Below, piece after piece: positions 1 through 10,825 of a stretch of DNA of 64,000 nt; position 1 is the stretch's first letter; each line of letters starts with the position of its first letter. This DNA comes from Candidatus Multivoradales bacterium (lineage in GTDB: Bacteria > Acidobacteriota > Thermoanaerobaculia > Multivoradales > JAHEKO01), in the NCBI GenBank assembly GCA_965223155.1, contig CBDCVR010000014.1:512001-576000 (forward strand), read 5' to 3'. The notes below the pieces were generated by a model. The model saw nothing but the letters and a program-made list of their open reading frames with translations, was not told the DNA's origin and searched no databases. The translations under genes and the position numbers were made by a program.

Positions 1-2220
1 CCAGATGTCGCGCTGAGTCGCCGCCGTGCGCAACGCGTAGTAGAGCAAGGTGCGGCCGTCGGGAGAGATCGAGGTTGGCACTTCGATAACCGGACTGGTG
101 GTGAGCCGCTCTGGATCCCGGTCGCTCCGAATGTCCTTGCGATACAGATCGTACATTCCGTCCCGGTTCGAGGCGTACACGATCTGACGCCCGCTGGGAG
201 CCCACACCGGATAGCCGTTCAGATTCCGAAAGGTCATCCGCATCGTCGCCCGCCGCCGCAGGTCGTGAACCCAGATATCCGAAGAAGCCGCGATGCCGTA
301 GCCCACGGCGACCCTGGACTCGTCGGGCGAGAGGCGCGGCGAGTAGAAGGGGGCCTCGGCGGAATCGGCCGGGGTGGTCTCGCCCTCCCGATCCACGAAG
401 ACCAGTGTGTTCGAAGCGAAATCCGAAGAGCTGGCATCGAACACCAGCACCCCGTTGTCGGCAAAGGCCAGAATCGCGGCGCCTTCGAGCACTCTGGGCT
501 TGACGCCCAGGTCCATCTCCGGTCCCCGGCGCTCGCCGCTGGCGGGATCGATCGGCAAGGCCCAGAGGACCCCGCCGCGAACGAACACGGCATGCCCCGT
601 GGCAGCGACGTATCTCGCGCCACTGCCTTGGGCCAACACCTTGCGCGAGCCGTCTTCGAGCGAAACCCAGAAGACATGCGGTCCGGGCTCGCCGCCCACG
701 GTTCCCGAGAACGTCACGAGCATCGCCTTGCCGTCCGGAAGGACCCAGGGCCAGGTGAAGTTCCCGGCCTTGTCCGAGATATCGGCGACCTCGACCTCGA
801 CGGGCTGCCCGCCTTCCGCATCAACTCGAACGGGGATCCTGTACACGCCGGTGGACATGACGATGAACCCCTGGTCGCTCCAGGATCCCCCAAAAGGAAT
901 CGAAGGCGAGCGGCAGACGGTGCGCTGGCCGCTGCCATCCAGCCGGATCCGGCGCAGCTCGCCGCCGGCAAAGTAGGCGACCTCGCGGCCATCCGGCGAG
1001 AAAAACGGCGACCGGGCTCCGGTGGTGCCCGGTATCGGTGCCTCCGATCCGGTGGCCAGCTCGCGCACGAAGAGCTCGGACTGGCTGCCGGACTGAGCGA
1101 CATAGACCAACCGCGATCCGTCCGGCGACAAGACCAGCCGCTCGCCCGAGATGGCGACGACTTCGAGTGCTCGATCCAGATCGAGGCCGAAGCGAGCGGT
1201 CGATTCGGCCCGCTCCGGCGTGCCGCGGGAGCTCACGAACAGAGCCACCGCCAAAGCGCCCAGGCCGGCCGCCAGAACCCACGGCAGAGCGCGCCACCAG
1301 AACGGCCGAGCGGAACCCTCCGGCACCACCGCCTCGGCCTCGTCGCCCTGTTCGGTCCTGGCCAGCGCGATTCGCGCCTCGCCGATGTCGCGCAGCCGGG
1401 TCATCGGGTCCTTGTCCAAGCACCTCGCCAGCAACGAAGCCAGGTTCGCCGGCACGCTCTTGGGCAGTTTGCCAAGATCTAGATCGTCACGCAGCACCGC
1501 GGCCAGCGTGTCGGAGACGGTCTTTCCCGCGAAGCCTCGGGCGCCGGCGAGCATCTCGTAGAGCACGACTCCGAACGCCCAGATGTCCGCCCGCTTGTCG
1601 GCGTCCTGCCCCCGAACCTGCTCCGGCGCCATGTAGGCCGCAGTGCCCAGAAGCGTGCCGGCGGCGGTCATGTTCTGCGTGATCGTGGGTGACTCGCGCA
1701 GAACGGTCTCGGTCTCGGAGGAGCTTTCCCGCACCAGGGCCTTGGCCAGGCCGAAGTCCAGGACCTTGACCAGCCCCTTGGGAGTGATGCGCACGTTGGC
1801 CGGCTTCAGATCCCGGTGAACGATGCCTTCCTCGTGGGCGGCTTCCATGCCCTCGGCGATCCGGCGCGCGATGCGGACCGCCTCGTCAACCGGAATCGCC
1901 CCGCGTTCGAGACGCTCGTCGAGCCCTTCGCCCTCGACCAGCTCCATGGTCAAGAACTGCAGCGTCCCAGTCTCGCCTTCGGGCACGCCTTCCTCGAAGG
2001 AATACAGGGCGGCGATGTGCGGGTGGTTGAGCGACGCCAGAACCTTGGCCTCCCGCTCGAAACGGGCCAGACGCTCGGGACTCTGGGCCATCGCCTCCGG
2101 CAGGACCTTGAGCGCGACCTCGCGGCCCAGCCGCGTGTCCTCGGCCCGGTACACCGCTCCCATGCCGCCCTCGCCCAGGAGGGACACAATCCGGTAGTGA
2201 TTAAGTTGCGTTCCGATCAT
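1..2220 (-). CDS. Ser/Thr protein kinase with C-terminal TolB/PD40-like repeats; 3' end runs off the window
   Basis: Read by hand because it is absent from the ORF track (no stop in window). MIGTQLNHYRIVSLLGEGGMGAVY, VALK, HRDLKPAN, DFG, YMAPE, followed by SPDG-type repeats. Confidence 0.9.
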   Translation of the reverse strand, partial: MIGTQLNHYRIVSLLGEGGMGAVYRAEDTRLGREVALKVLPEAMAQSPERLARFEREAKVLASLNHPHIAALYSFEEGVPEGETGTLQFLTMELVEGEGLDERLERGAIPVDEAVRIARRIAEGMEAAHEEGIVHRDLKPANVRITPKGLVKVLDFGLAKALVRESSSETETVLRESPTITQNMTAAGTLLGTAAYMAPEQVRGQDADKRADIWAFGVVLYEMLAGARGFAGKTVSDTLAAVLRDDLDLGKLPKSVPANLASLLARCLDKDPMTRLRDIGEARIALARTEQGDEAEAVVPEGSARPFWWRALPWVLAAGLGALAVALFVSSRGTPERAESTARFGLDLDRALEVVAISGERLVLSPDGSRLVYVAQSGSQSELFVRELATGSEAPIPGTTGARSPFFSPDGREVAYFAGGELRRIRLDGSGQRTVCRSPSIPFGGSWSDQGFIVMSTGVYRIPVRVDAEGGQPVEVEVADISDKAGNFTWPWVLPDGKAMLVTFSGTVGGEPGPHVFWVSLEDGSRKVLAQGSGARYVAATGHAVFVRGGVLWALPIDPASGERRGPEMDLGVKPRVLEGAAILAFADNGVLVFDASSSDFASNTLVFVDREGETTPADSAEAPFYSPRLSPDESRVAVGYGIAASSDIWVHDLRRRATMRMTFRNLNGYPVWAPSGRQIVYASNRDGMYDLYRKDIRSDRDPERLTTSPVIEVPTSISPDGRTLLYYALRTAATQRDIW

Positions 2221-2537
2221 CGTTTGGGACGCGCCGAGGCGCGGGAACCGGGACTGGGAAATGGCGCTGGCGACCGGGACTACCGGCTCGACTTCGGCGC
2301 GAGCAGGCGCGTTGCCCGGCACCAAGAACAGCACCACGGACACCCGCTTCCGGCGCGCGGCAACCGCGCTTTCCAGATGCGAGCGCTCGCGCCACTCACG
2401 CACCGCCCGCCTGCGCACTCCATTACGAGCAGTATATCGCTCTCCTAGCGGCCCCTTCCGCCATCACCCTACCGATCCGGCAGACCATGGGACCGGACAC
2501 TCTTCGAACGTTGCGCGAAGGACGCTCGAGCCGGCTG

Positions 2538-5531
2538 CTAGTCGACCGGCCCCAGTACGCGATCCGCCCAGGTCAGCACCTCTCGGATCACCGCGTTCCG
2601 GGGCCGCGGCGGCGCATGCCCAACGTCGAACAGAACCAGCTTCTTGTCGGCCTCAGCGGTGCCGAGCCAGCGGAGGAGTCCCTTCTGCGACGTTTCGAGG
2701 GGCAGCAGCCGATCGTAGCGTCCGTTCACGATCAGGGTCGGGACGCGGACTCGGGAGGCGAAGTTGATCGAGTCCACCTCTCCCGGCTGCCTCCAGGTCG
2801 GCAGTCCGGCCAGACGCAAGTAGGCGGCTTGGAAGCGCGGCTCCAGAGCCAGCATCACCGGGGCCAGGACACCGCCCAAGCTGCTGCCGACGAAAAAGAG
2901 CCGATCGTCGCGTAGGTCCTCCCGACTCACCAGGTAGTCGACCGTTCGCCGTATCTCCTTGGTCCACGCCAGAACGTGGTCGCGGAGCGCGATCGTGTCC
3001 TCGGTGCTCAGGAGCTCGAATCCATCCTGGCGCTCGTAAGTGCCGAGAAGAACGGGAATGGCCACCGCCCGGCCGCTCCGCAGCAGAAAATCGACGGCAT
3101 CGAAGCTCACCAGCCCCTCCGGCTCCGCGCTCGAGGAACGCCGGAGGGCATTGGCGCCGGCCATGAGAACGCCCACGGAATACGGCGGCGGCGACCCGGT
3201 CGGCAGGAGAAGCACGATCGGAAGCCGCTCGCCGCCGTGGCCGGCGTCGATCTCGACCCGGATCTCCCGCCAGTGCTCACCGGCGCGCTCCGCCACCACC
3301 GCCGGCTCGAGCGGTCCCTGCGAGAAGTCATGGAAGGCTCGGTAGATCTCGAACGTCCGGTCGTCGACCGGGGCTTCCGCCAAGAGGTCGCGCTCGGGCC
3401 GCGCTTCGACCTCCTCCGGCGTCGCGGGCTTGGATCCTGCGACCTCCCGCATCATGCGGAACCCGAACTCGACCCGGCGCTCCCAGGGCGAGCGCGCGTC
3501 GTAGGCGCTGAAGTAGTTGTACGACGGCTCATTCCACGCTCCACCCAGGAGCAGGCGTCCCCTGCCGGCAACGCCGGTGCGCGACCATTCGACAGCGTTG
3601 CCGGCCAGGTCCCGCGTGCCCCAAACGCCCAAGCCGCGGTCGGGATCCGCCGGCAAGAGCCGGTCTCCGAAGTTGCTCGCCGGAACGACGCGCGGGCTGG
3701 CCCCGAGCCGCGCCGTCTGCAACCAGTGCCACAGGCTCGGCAACTCGTTTCCCGCCCACGCGGCGTAGGCCGCCGCCTCGAACCAGGACACACCGGTCAC
3801 CGGCATCGCGCCGGCGTCCTCGGGGTAGGCGCCAAGCTCCCAGCCCGCCGGTCCGGGGCGACCGGTGGCGTCCACGAACCGTGTGATTCCCGCGCTCCAG
3901 GCCACGGCCCGGCCTTTCTCCAGAAACGGCGGCCAGAGCTGCTGGCGACGGTAGCCGCCATCCGCTACGAACCGGGCATAGTCGGCATTGGTGACCTCGA
4001 ATCGATCGATGAAAAAGCCGGGGAGCTCGATCGCGTCGGCCGGCAGCTCCTGGCTGAGGCTAGCCGCTCGAACCGTTCCCGGCGGGATCCAGGTCATGCC
4101 GTCGGGAGATGGCGTCGAGGGGAGGCGCCAGTGATTCTCGGCCTCGAGCTCGCCCGCGAGCTCGTAGACGCCTTCCGGCTCACCGCCGACGGGCTCGATC
4201 TTGACCGCCAGAAAGCCGCGGGGCACGGTGACGTCAGCCAGGGGCGTGCGTCCCAGAGCCAGCCAGTCGCTGGCCTCGCCGTAAGGCCGGATCGAAACCT
4301 CGGCTCCGGCGGGAGTGCTTGTCATCGCCACCAACTGCGTCGCGGCGGCAAGCGCCTCGGTCGCCTCGGGCAGCCGGGCTTCGGCGCCGGGCAAGCGGCG
4401 GTGGAGGAAGAACGCTTCGGCGTATCGCTCGGCATCGACCAGCTCGAGCAATTCTTCGAGTGCCGCGGCCGGCCGCACCTCCTCGGCCCGCGGCTCCCGG
4501 TTCCGGGTAGCAAGCCAGGCCAGAAGCGCCAGTACCAGCACCGCCGGGACTCCAAGGCGAAGCCAATTGGGCGCAGCCGCGTCCGCCCTGACGCGCTCCT
4601 CCGGGTCGCCGGCGCTGGTCTCGCCCTCGGACCGCAAGGACTCGAGCTCGTTGCGCACCTCGAGAGCCGACTGGTAGCGCTTGGCCGGATCCTTCTCCAG
4701 GCAGCGGCGTACGATGCGTCCCAGGTGATTTGGCAAGCCGTCCTTGATTTCCGTCACCAGCGGCGGCTCGTCCCGCAGAAGCGACGACAGCACCTCGACC
4801 GAGCTCGTCCCGTCGAACGGACGCCGGCCGGTCGCCAGCTCGTAGAGCAGCACGCCCAGTGAGAAGACGTCCGATCGAGGATCCGCCGGCTCTCCTCTTG
4901 CCTGCTCCGGCGACATGTAGTGCACCGTCCCGATCACCAGGCCCTCCTGGGTCAGGAGCTCGGTGGCATCGCCATCGCGCCGTGAGGAAGGGTCGCCGTC
5001 GCGGACAGGCTTGGCCAGGCCGAAGTCCAGGACCTTGACTCGCCCACGCTCGTCCACCATCACGTTGGCCGGCTTCAGGTCGCGGTGGGTGATCCCTCGG
5101 GCATGGGCCTCGGCCACGGCGTCGGCCAGGGGAACCGCCAGGGCAAAGAACTTCTCTAGCGCCAGACCGCCCGGAGGCACGTGCTTGTCCAGGGTCTCGC
5201 CGTCCACCAGCTCCATCGTCAGGAACTGCACGGCCTCGGACGAAGTCTGCGGGGCGACATCGACCGGCCCGGGTTCGACCGATCCGGTCTCGACTGACCC
5301 GGTTTCGACTGAATAGATCGTCACGATCCCGGGGTGATTGAGCGCCGCAACCGTCCTTGCCTCCCGCTCGAACCGAGCCAGCCGCTCGACGTCCCCTGCC
5401 AGCTCGGCGGGCAGGATCTTGAGCGCGACCTGCCGATCCAGCTTCGTGTCCTCGGCCAGGTACACCTCACCCATTCCCCCTGCCCCCAGCTTGGAGACGA
5501 TTCGGTAGTGCGCCAGCCGCGAGCCGATCAT
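2538..5531 (-). CDS. Ser/Thr kinase - TM - FGE/SUMF1-like domain - alpha/beta hydrolase fusion
   Basis: GAGGMG, HRDLKPAN, DFG; FEVTN...Y, PVTGVSW, DLAGNAVEW, GFR (FGE-sulfatase signature); GSSLGG nucleophile with downstream D and H. Confidence 0.9.
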   Translation of the reverse strand: MIGSRLAHYRIVSKLGAGGMGEVYLAEDTKLDRQVALKILPAELAGDVERLARFEREARTVAALNHPGIVTIYSVETGSVETGSVEPGPVDVAPQTSSEAVQFLTMELVDGETLDKHVPPGGLALEKFFALAVPLADAVAEAHARGITHRDLKPANVMVDERGRVKVLDFGLAKPVRDGDPSSRRDGDATELLTQEGLVIGTVHYMSPEQARGEPADPRSDVFSLGVLLYELATGRRPFDGTSSVEVLSSLLRDEPPLVTEIKDGLPNHLGRIVRRCLEKDPAKRYQSALEVRNELESLRSEGETSAGDPEERVRADAAAPNWLRLGVPAVLVLALLAWLATRNREPRAEEVRPAAALEELLELVDAERYAEAFFLHRRLPGAEARLPEATEALAAATQLVAMTSTPAGAEVSIRPYGEASDWLALGRTPLADVTVPRGFLAVKIEPVGGEPEGVYELAGELEAENHWRLPSTPSPDGMTWIPPGTVRAASLSQELPADAIELPGFFIDRFEVTNADYARFVADGGYRRQQLWPPFLEKGRAVAWSAGITRFVDATGRPGPAGWELGAYPEDAGAMPVTGVSWFEAAAYAAWAGNELPSLWHWLQTARLGASPRVVPASNFGDRLLPADPDRGLGVWGTRDLAGNAVEWSRTGVAGRGRLLLGGAWNEPSYNYFSAYDARSPWERRVEFGFRMMREVAGSKPATPEEVEARPERDLLAEAPVDDRTFEIYRAFHDFSQGPLEPAVVAERAGEHWREIRVEIDAGHGGERLPIVLLLPTGSPPPYSVGVLMAGANALRRSSSAEPEGLVSFDAVDFLLRSGRAVAIPVLLGTYERQDGFELLSTEDTIALRDHVLAWTKEIRRTVDYLVSREDLRDDRLFFVGSSLGGVLAPVMLALEPRFQAAYLRLAGLPTWRQPGEVDSINFASRVRVPTLIVNGRYDRLLPLETSQKGLLRWLGTAEADKKLVLFDVGHAPPRPRNAVIREVLTWADRVLGPVD

Positions 5532-5584
5532 GATTGTCTCGTTACGGACCCCGAACCCGTAAGCATGCCGATAGCCTACCGCGC

Positions 5585-5785
5585 GTGGACAGATCCAGGC
5601 GCCATCGAGACTCGTGGTTTCCCGCTACGTGGGAAGGCTCCGAAGTCTCGCGCCTGCTCGAAGGCGCCGCCATGACCCTGCCGGAGAAGCTCGCCTGGAC
5701 CGAAGAGGCTCATCGCCTGGCGCGCCGGCTGGACCCGGCCCACGACGCGCGCCCGGAAACCGATACGAAGGACTCGGGCGCCTAG
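5585..5785 (+). CDS. small hypothetical protein
   Basis: GTG start chosen within ORF 5534..5785; segment ATWEGS...MTLPEKLAWTEEAHRLARRL looks like real protein. Confidence 0.45.
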   Translation: MDRSRRHRDSWFPATWEGSEVSRLLEGAAMTLPEKLAWTEEAHRLARRLDPAHDARPETDTKDSGA

Positions 5786-5867
5786 CGTTCGGCCAAGAAC
5801 GTCGCGTCCTCGACGAGGATCGACGCCTGGTCCTTGAGCTGGAGCTTCCTGAAGACCGGATCCGGCT

Positions 5868-6230
5868 TCAATGGACGGCCCGCTCGTGCGCCGGCAACTG
5901 GTCTTCCTCGTCGAACGCATGGGTCAGAACGAAAAAGTGGGACGCCAGCCGCTCGGTCTCGGTCTCGACCACGAGCTCGAAGCCATGCTCTCCCTCCGGT
6001 TCTTCGCCCAGGTACTGCGCGTAGGCCACGCTCTCCGAGTCGACCCCCAGCTCACCGACCAGCCGCTTACCGCGAATCACCTGCACATACTGGACATTGC
6101 CGTCGGCGGCGAAGTGCCAGTGGTAGTCGTTGTCGTCGTACAGCACCGTATCCGGAGTCCCCGCGCGCAGAATGCAGTTGGGGTGCCGCATCAACCACTG
6201 CCAGAAGGCGTCGAAGGAAAGCGTCGTCAT
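5868..6230 (-). CDS. hypothetical protein (120 aa)
   Basis: MTTLSFDAFWQWLMRHPNCILRAG...; globular composition; ATG 6230 preceded by GGGAAGGG. Confidence 0.75.
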   Translation of the reverse strand: MTTLSFDAFWQWLMRHPNCILRAGTPDTVLYDDNDYHWHFAADGNVQYVQVIRGKRLVGELGVDSESVAYAQYLGEEPEGEHGFELVVETETERLASHFFVLTHAFDEEDQLPAHERAVH

Positions 6231-6312
6231 TGCGAGACCCTTCCCAGTCTCACGCATTTGGCCGGACCAGGCAAGCAAGCGGCGGCCGCGGCCGGTCACT
6301 ATAATCCTGGGG

Positions 6313-9030
6313 TTGTCCGAGAACGACCTGACCGGCAAGACGTTCGGCGTGTACCGCATCGAACGGCGCCTGGGCGCCGGCGGCATGGGCGAGGTGTACC
6401 AGGCCCTGGACACCCGTCTCGAGCGTCAGGTCGCCATCAAGTTCCTCCCTGCCGAGGTCGCCGGCGATCCCGACCGGCTGGCCCGATTCGAACGAGAAGC
6501 GCGCGCGATCGCGGCGCTCAATCACCCGAATATCGTCAGCCTGCATTCGATCGAGGAGGCCGGAGGCCTGCGCTTCCTGGTGTTGGAGCTGGTCGAAGGG
6601 GCGACCCTGGACCGGATCCTGGCGGCCGGCCGGCCGTCTCTCGATCGGTTCTTCGAGCTGGCGGTGCCGCTGGCGGACGCAGTCGCCGCGGCCCATGGCA
6701 AGGGTCTCGTGCATCGCGATCTCAAGCCCACCAACATCATGATTACCGAGGCGGGCGAACCCAAGATCCTGGACTTCGGACTCGCCAAGCTCGAGCCGGC
6801 GGCGAAGCCGGACGCGCGCACGGAGACCGCTCGTGACGGCATCACCAGCACCGGCCAGGTACTGGGCACCCTTCCGTACATGGCTCCCGAGCAGTTGCGC
6901 GGCGAGGACGCGGACGCGCGATCGGACATCTTCTCGCTGGGCGCGGTCCTGTACGAGATGGCCACCGGCAGGCGCCCGTTCCGTGGCGCCTCGCGGGCCG
7001 AGCTGGCGAGCGAGATCCTACGGGACGATCCGGCGGGGGCGGACGAGCTTCGTCCGGAGCTGCCCCGCCATCTCGCCCGCCTGCTCCGGCTATGCCTCAA
7101 GAAGCAGCCCGAAGACCGGCTCCAGGCGGCCCTCGACCTGCGCAACGAACTGCGTGAGCTCGCCGACGAAGCCGTCCCCGTTACCGCCGCGGCGACTCCG
7201 CCTCCGGAGGCCGGCACGACCCGGCCCGCCGGCCCGCCGTTGCTTTGGATCGGGTTCGCGGCACTGGCGTTGATCGCGGCGCTCGCGGCCTACTGGAGCT
7301 CGAGGCCGCCCGAGCCCAGCTCACAGGCGACCCAGGCACAGACGGCGGTCGCCCCGCGGTCGGCTCCGGTTCTGTCCCCGCTGACCTTCGGCGCCGAGCT
7401 GGAAGAGTGGCCGGCTTGGTCTCCGGACGGCCGATCGATTGTCTACTCGGCCGAGATCGACGGCTTCAAGAACTTGTTCCTGCGCGACCTGGATCGCCAG
7501 GAGACCCGGCGCCTCACCGAGGGAAGCCGAGACGACCTCCAGGCGGCCTGGTCTCCCGACGGCACAGAGCTCCTGTTCGTCCGCTCGAAGCAAGAGGGGC
7601 AGCACCTGATTCCGAGCGACGTCTACGGCTACTACTCCGACGGCGACGTCTGGCGTCTGGAGCTCGAGAGCGGCCGGGAGGTTCGCGTCCTGGAGGATGC
7701 GGTCCACCCCTCGTACTCCGCCGACGGCGCCGCCCTGCTCTTTGACGCCGACTGGGCCGGCCCCCGCCGGATCTGGACCGCTGATCCCAGCGGCCGCAAT
7801 CCGCGCCAGCTCACCACCGATCGCAGCGAAGAGGTCCTGCACACCGCTCCGCGCTTTTCACCCGACGGCAGCCAGGTGGCGTTTCGGATCCTGGCCACGA
7901 CCGGGTCGGACCTGGCGCTGGCCGAAACCCGAACCGGTGAGTACCGGCGGTTGACCGCGGACGACTACATCGACCTTCAGCCGGCCTGGGACCCCTCCGG
8001 AAAGTCCCTGTACTTCCCCTCGTACCGGGGCGGCGGCATGAACATCTGGCGCCTGGGTTTGGACACCGAGGGCGGCCAGCCGGCGCCGCCGGAGCAGATC
8101 ACCACTGGCGCCGGCCAGGACGTCCAGGTAGCGGTCGGACCCGACGGCCGGCGCCTGGCCTTCGCGGTACAGCAGCTCAACACCGACCTGTGGCTCTTGC
8201 CGATGGATCCGGCTAGCGCGCAGCCCCGCGGTGAAGCCCGGCCACTAGTCGCCACCTCGCGTGAGGAAAGTCGCGCCGCCTGGTTCCCCGATTCCGCATC
8301 GATCGTCTTCAACTCGGATCGCGACGGAGACATGAATCTCTACTCCCAAACGCTGCACGGAGAACCCGCGGTGCGGCGCTCGCGCGGCCAGGGGGGCGAC
8401 TACCAGGCCCAGGTCGACCCGACCGGAGAGCGCCTGGTCTTCTTTTCGTCCCGCTCGGGCAACGTGGACATCTGGACGACGAACCTGGACGGCGAACCGA
8501 CTCGCCTTACGCAGGACCCGGCCCTCGACCTCAACCCGTTCTTCTCCCCGAACGGTGAGCGGATCGCCTTTATGAGCGACCGCTCCGGACGGCTCGAGGT
8601 CTGGGTCATGAACGCGGACGGAACCCAGCCCGTTCAGCTCACCTCGATCGGCGCCAAGTCGCACTTTCTGCGTTGGTCTCGGGACGGCGAATCGGTCCTT
8701 TTCACCAACGACTACTCCACCGATCCCTTCAAGAGCGGCAACAACGTCTTCCGGATACCCACGAGCGGAGGCCAGCCGGTGGCTACCGAGCAGGTCGGCT
8801 CCGGCGCGCACATGTCGCTCGACCCCGTCGAGCGGTCCATCCTGGACGTCCTCGGGCATCGCGCTCTGTGGATCTACCCCCTGGAAGGCTCGGCACCCTA
8901 CGAGATCTATCGCGATCCCGACCCCGACATTCGGATCGACTATCCGTCCTGGTCACCTGATGGCCGCTGGGTCGTCTTTGACCGGGTGGCAGCGGGCGGC
9001 GGCGACCTCTGGTTGCTGACCTTCGACTGA
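6313..9030 (+). CDS. Ser/Thr kinase - TM - TolB/PD40 beta-propeller
   Basis: GAGGMGEVY, HRDLKPTN, DFG, YMAPE; many P.WSPDG repeats; TTG start 7 nt after TATAAT. Confidence 0.92.
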   Translation: MSENDLTGKTFGVYRIERRLGAGGMGEVYQALDTRLERQVAIKFLPAEVAGDPDRLARFEREARAIAALNHPNIVSLHSIEEAGGLRFLVLELVEGATLDRILAAGRPSLDRFFELAVPLADAVAAAHGKGLVHRDLKPTNIMITEAGEPKILDFGLAKLEPAAKPDARTETARDGITSTGQVLGTLPYMAPEQLRGEDADARSDIFSLGAVLYEMATGRRPFRGASRAELASEILRDDPAGADELRPELPRHLARLLRLCLKKQPEDRLQAALDLRNELRELADEAVPVTAAATPPPEAGTTRPAGPPLLWIGFAALALIAALAAYWSSRPPEPSSQATQAQTAVAPRSAPVLSPLTFGAELEEWPAWSPDGRSIVYSAEIDGFKNLFLRDLDRQETRRLTEGSRDDLQAAWSPDGTELLFVRSKQEGQHLIPSDVYGYYSDGDVWRLELESGREVRVLEDAVHPSYSADGAALLFDADWAGPRRIWTADPSGRNPRQLTTDRSEEVLHTAPRFSPDGSQVAFRILATTGSDLALAETRTGEYRRLTADDYIDLQPAWDPSGKSLYFPSYRGGGMNIWRLGLDTEGGQPAPPEQITTGAGQDVQVAVGPDGRRLAFAVQQLNTDLWLLPMDPASAQPRGEARPLVATSREESRAAWFPDSASIVFNSDRDGDMNLYSQTLHGEPAVRRSRGQGGDYQAQVDPTGERLVFFSSRSGNVDIWTTNLDGEPTRLTQDPALDLNPFFSPNGERIAFMSDRSGRLEVWVMNADGTQPVQLTSIGAKSHFLRWSRDGESVLFTNDYSTDPFKSGNNVFRIPTSGGQPVATEQVGSGAHMSLDPVERSILDVLGHRALWIYPLEGSAPYEIYRDPDPDIRIDYPSWSPDGRWVVFDRVAAGGGDLWLLTFD

Positions 9031-9122
9031 GGCCAATCTCGACCGGGCCTGCGATATCCTCCACGGTCCACGCTGGTGGCCAAGATCGCCGGCAAGCCCA
9101 AACGAAACGTAAGGAGTAGAAG

Positions 9123-9569
9123 ATGCCCGTACGAAGTGCCGAGGCGCGCTGGGAAGGCAGCCTCAAGGACGGTAGCGGAACGATGAAGATGGAAAGCGGA
9201 GCCTACGAGGGCAAGTACTCGTTCGGCTCACGCTTCGAACAAGAGCCGGGGACGAATCCCGAGGAGCTGATCGCGGCGGCCCATGCCGGTTGCTTTTCGA
9301 TGGCGTTGACCGCGGGCCTGGGCCGCGACGGCTACGATCCTCAGAGTGTCGAGACCTCGGCCCGAGTACACCTCGACAAGGGCGAGGCCGGCTTTGCGAT
9401 CACCCGGATCGAGCTGACTACCCACGCCGTGGTGCCGGGGATCGACGAGGACACCTTCCAGGCTCAGGCCCACGGCGCCAAGGCGAATTGCCCGGTGTCG
9501 AAAGCCCTGGCAGGCGCCGAGATCACCCTCGACGCGGCCCTGGTCGAGGCTTCGGGCGAAGAAGAGTAG
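9123..9569 (+). CDS. osmC: OsmC family peroxiredoxin
   Basis: GTNPEELIAAAHAGCFSMAL and CPVSKAL motifs; SD AAGGAG. Confidence 0.95.
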   Translation: MPVRSAEARWEGSLKDGSGTMKMESGAYEGKYSFGSRFEQEPGTNPEELIAAAHAGCFSMALTAGLGRDGYDPQSVETSARVHLDKGEAGFAITRIELTTHAVVPGIDEDTFQAQAHGAKANCPVSKALAGAEITLDAALVEASGEEE

Positions 9570-9611
9570 CCCGCAAGGCATCTTGCGGCGGCCCGAACGG
9601 GCCCATATCGA

Positions 9612-9645
9612 GGAAGGCCGGCCCTGAGAGCCGGCCTTCCGTTTG
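9612..9645. terminator. hairpin terminator between convergent genes
   Basis: GGAAGGCCGGC-cctgaga-GCCGGCCTTCC-gtttgt. Confidence 0.7.
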
Positions 9646-9690
9646 TCTCGAGCCCGGGAACGCCGGAGCTAGCCTGGGCTTCTCAGCGAG

Positions 9691-10626
9691 TTACCGCCCG
9701 CCGTCCTTCTTGCGCAGCTTCCGCAGGCGCTTCAGCATGCCGCCCTTTTCGTCCTCCTCTTCCTCCTCGTCGGCGGCCGCTTCCTCGTCACCGTCCCGCA
9801 TGGCGCCCAACTCACCCAGGTCCGGCATCAGATCCACCCTGGTGTAGGTCGGGTCGATCGAGAACATGGCTCTCGAGATCGGCTGCTCCTCGAGCAGCGT
9901 CACCTCGGTGGTCGAGACCATGTCCATGGTCCGGCGCTTCTTGTTGGTCCCCTGAGTCCGGGTCCGCTGGACGCTCTTCAGGGGAAAGCCGGTCATTTTC
10001 GAAAACTCGCCTTCCATGAGCTGATCCACGGGCTCGAATCCGGTCTTCTTGGGTAGCTTCTGCAGCCACACGTCGAAGCCGCTGCTGTCGAGATCCTGGG
10101 TCGTCCACATCTCGCTCTCGATCACGTAGTCATCGGAACGCTTCATGCCCAGGACACCGATCGACATGGTGTACGACGTCCGGTAGGTGTAGTGCGTCGT
10201 GGAATAGCCGTGCAGGCGGCCGCCGTCCTGTTCGGAGATCTTCTCGACCTGGTGGTCGCTGACCTCCATGTTCATGACGCCGGTGTCGGCAAGCTCTCCG
10301 AGCGCACCTACGATCTGGGACAGATCGAACTCCGAGTAGGTCTTCGCCGTGGTATCCACGAGATAGACCACCGCAGACTCCGGATCGGTCACCACCAGGT
10401 ACTTGCCTTCCCCGAAAAACGGGCTAGCGTCCTCCGCGGACGCGTCGGTAAAGACGACCTTGGTCATTCCGCCGTCAACCCAGCCTTCGACTTCCATGGT
10501 CGATTCGCTTGCCTGACCCATGCCAGTGCCGGTGGTCGTGGTGACGGCTTTGTAGTGGTAACCCGCCCAGGCCGGCACGGCCAGCAGGGTCAAGGCGGCG
10601 AGCAGCAGAAAACGTCGTGCAAACAT
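9691..10626 (-). CDS. exported protein, DUF4412-like
   Basis: Signal peptide MFARRFLLLAALTLLAVPAWA; EMW..., GFPLKS, TEVT, F.I...Y pattern; SD AAGGAGG. Confidence 0.7.
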   Translation of the reverse strand: MFARRFLLLAALTLLAVPAWAGYHYKAVTTTTGTGMGQASESTMEVEGWVDGGMTKVVFTDASAEDASPFFGEGKYLVVTDPESAVVYLVDTTAKTYSEFDLSQIVGALGELADTGVMNMEVSDHQVEKISEQDGGRLHGYSTTHYTYRTSYTMSIGVLGMKRSDDYVIESEMWTTQDLDSSGFDVWLQKLPKKTGFEPVDQLMEGEFSKMTGFPLKSVQRTRTQGTNKKRRTMDMVSTTEVTLLEEQPISRAMFSIDPTYTRVDLMPDLGELGAMRDGDEEAAADEEEEEDEKGGMLKRLRKLRKKDGGR

Positions 10627-10825
10627 CGGAGGCCCTCCTTCGGTGGACCGCAAGCTTACCGGAGCGACCGGCGAACCCGGAAACTTCTCCCGCTCACCAC
10701 CCGATAGCCGGCGATCGGCCAGCAACCGCCGCGGTCGGACGGTTCGGCGACTGGCCTACTTCGCCCGCGGTTCTCCTACGGGCCCGTTGGAGGCTATTGG
10801 AACCCACTGGAGCCTACCGGAGAGC

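Noticed and set aside
2221-2537. Small ORF or structured RNA between the kinase genes
   Set aside because: No recognisable motif, RBS or convincing structure.
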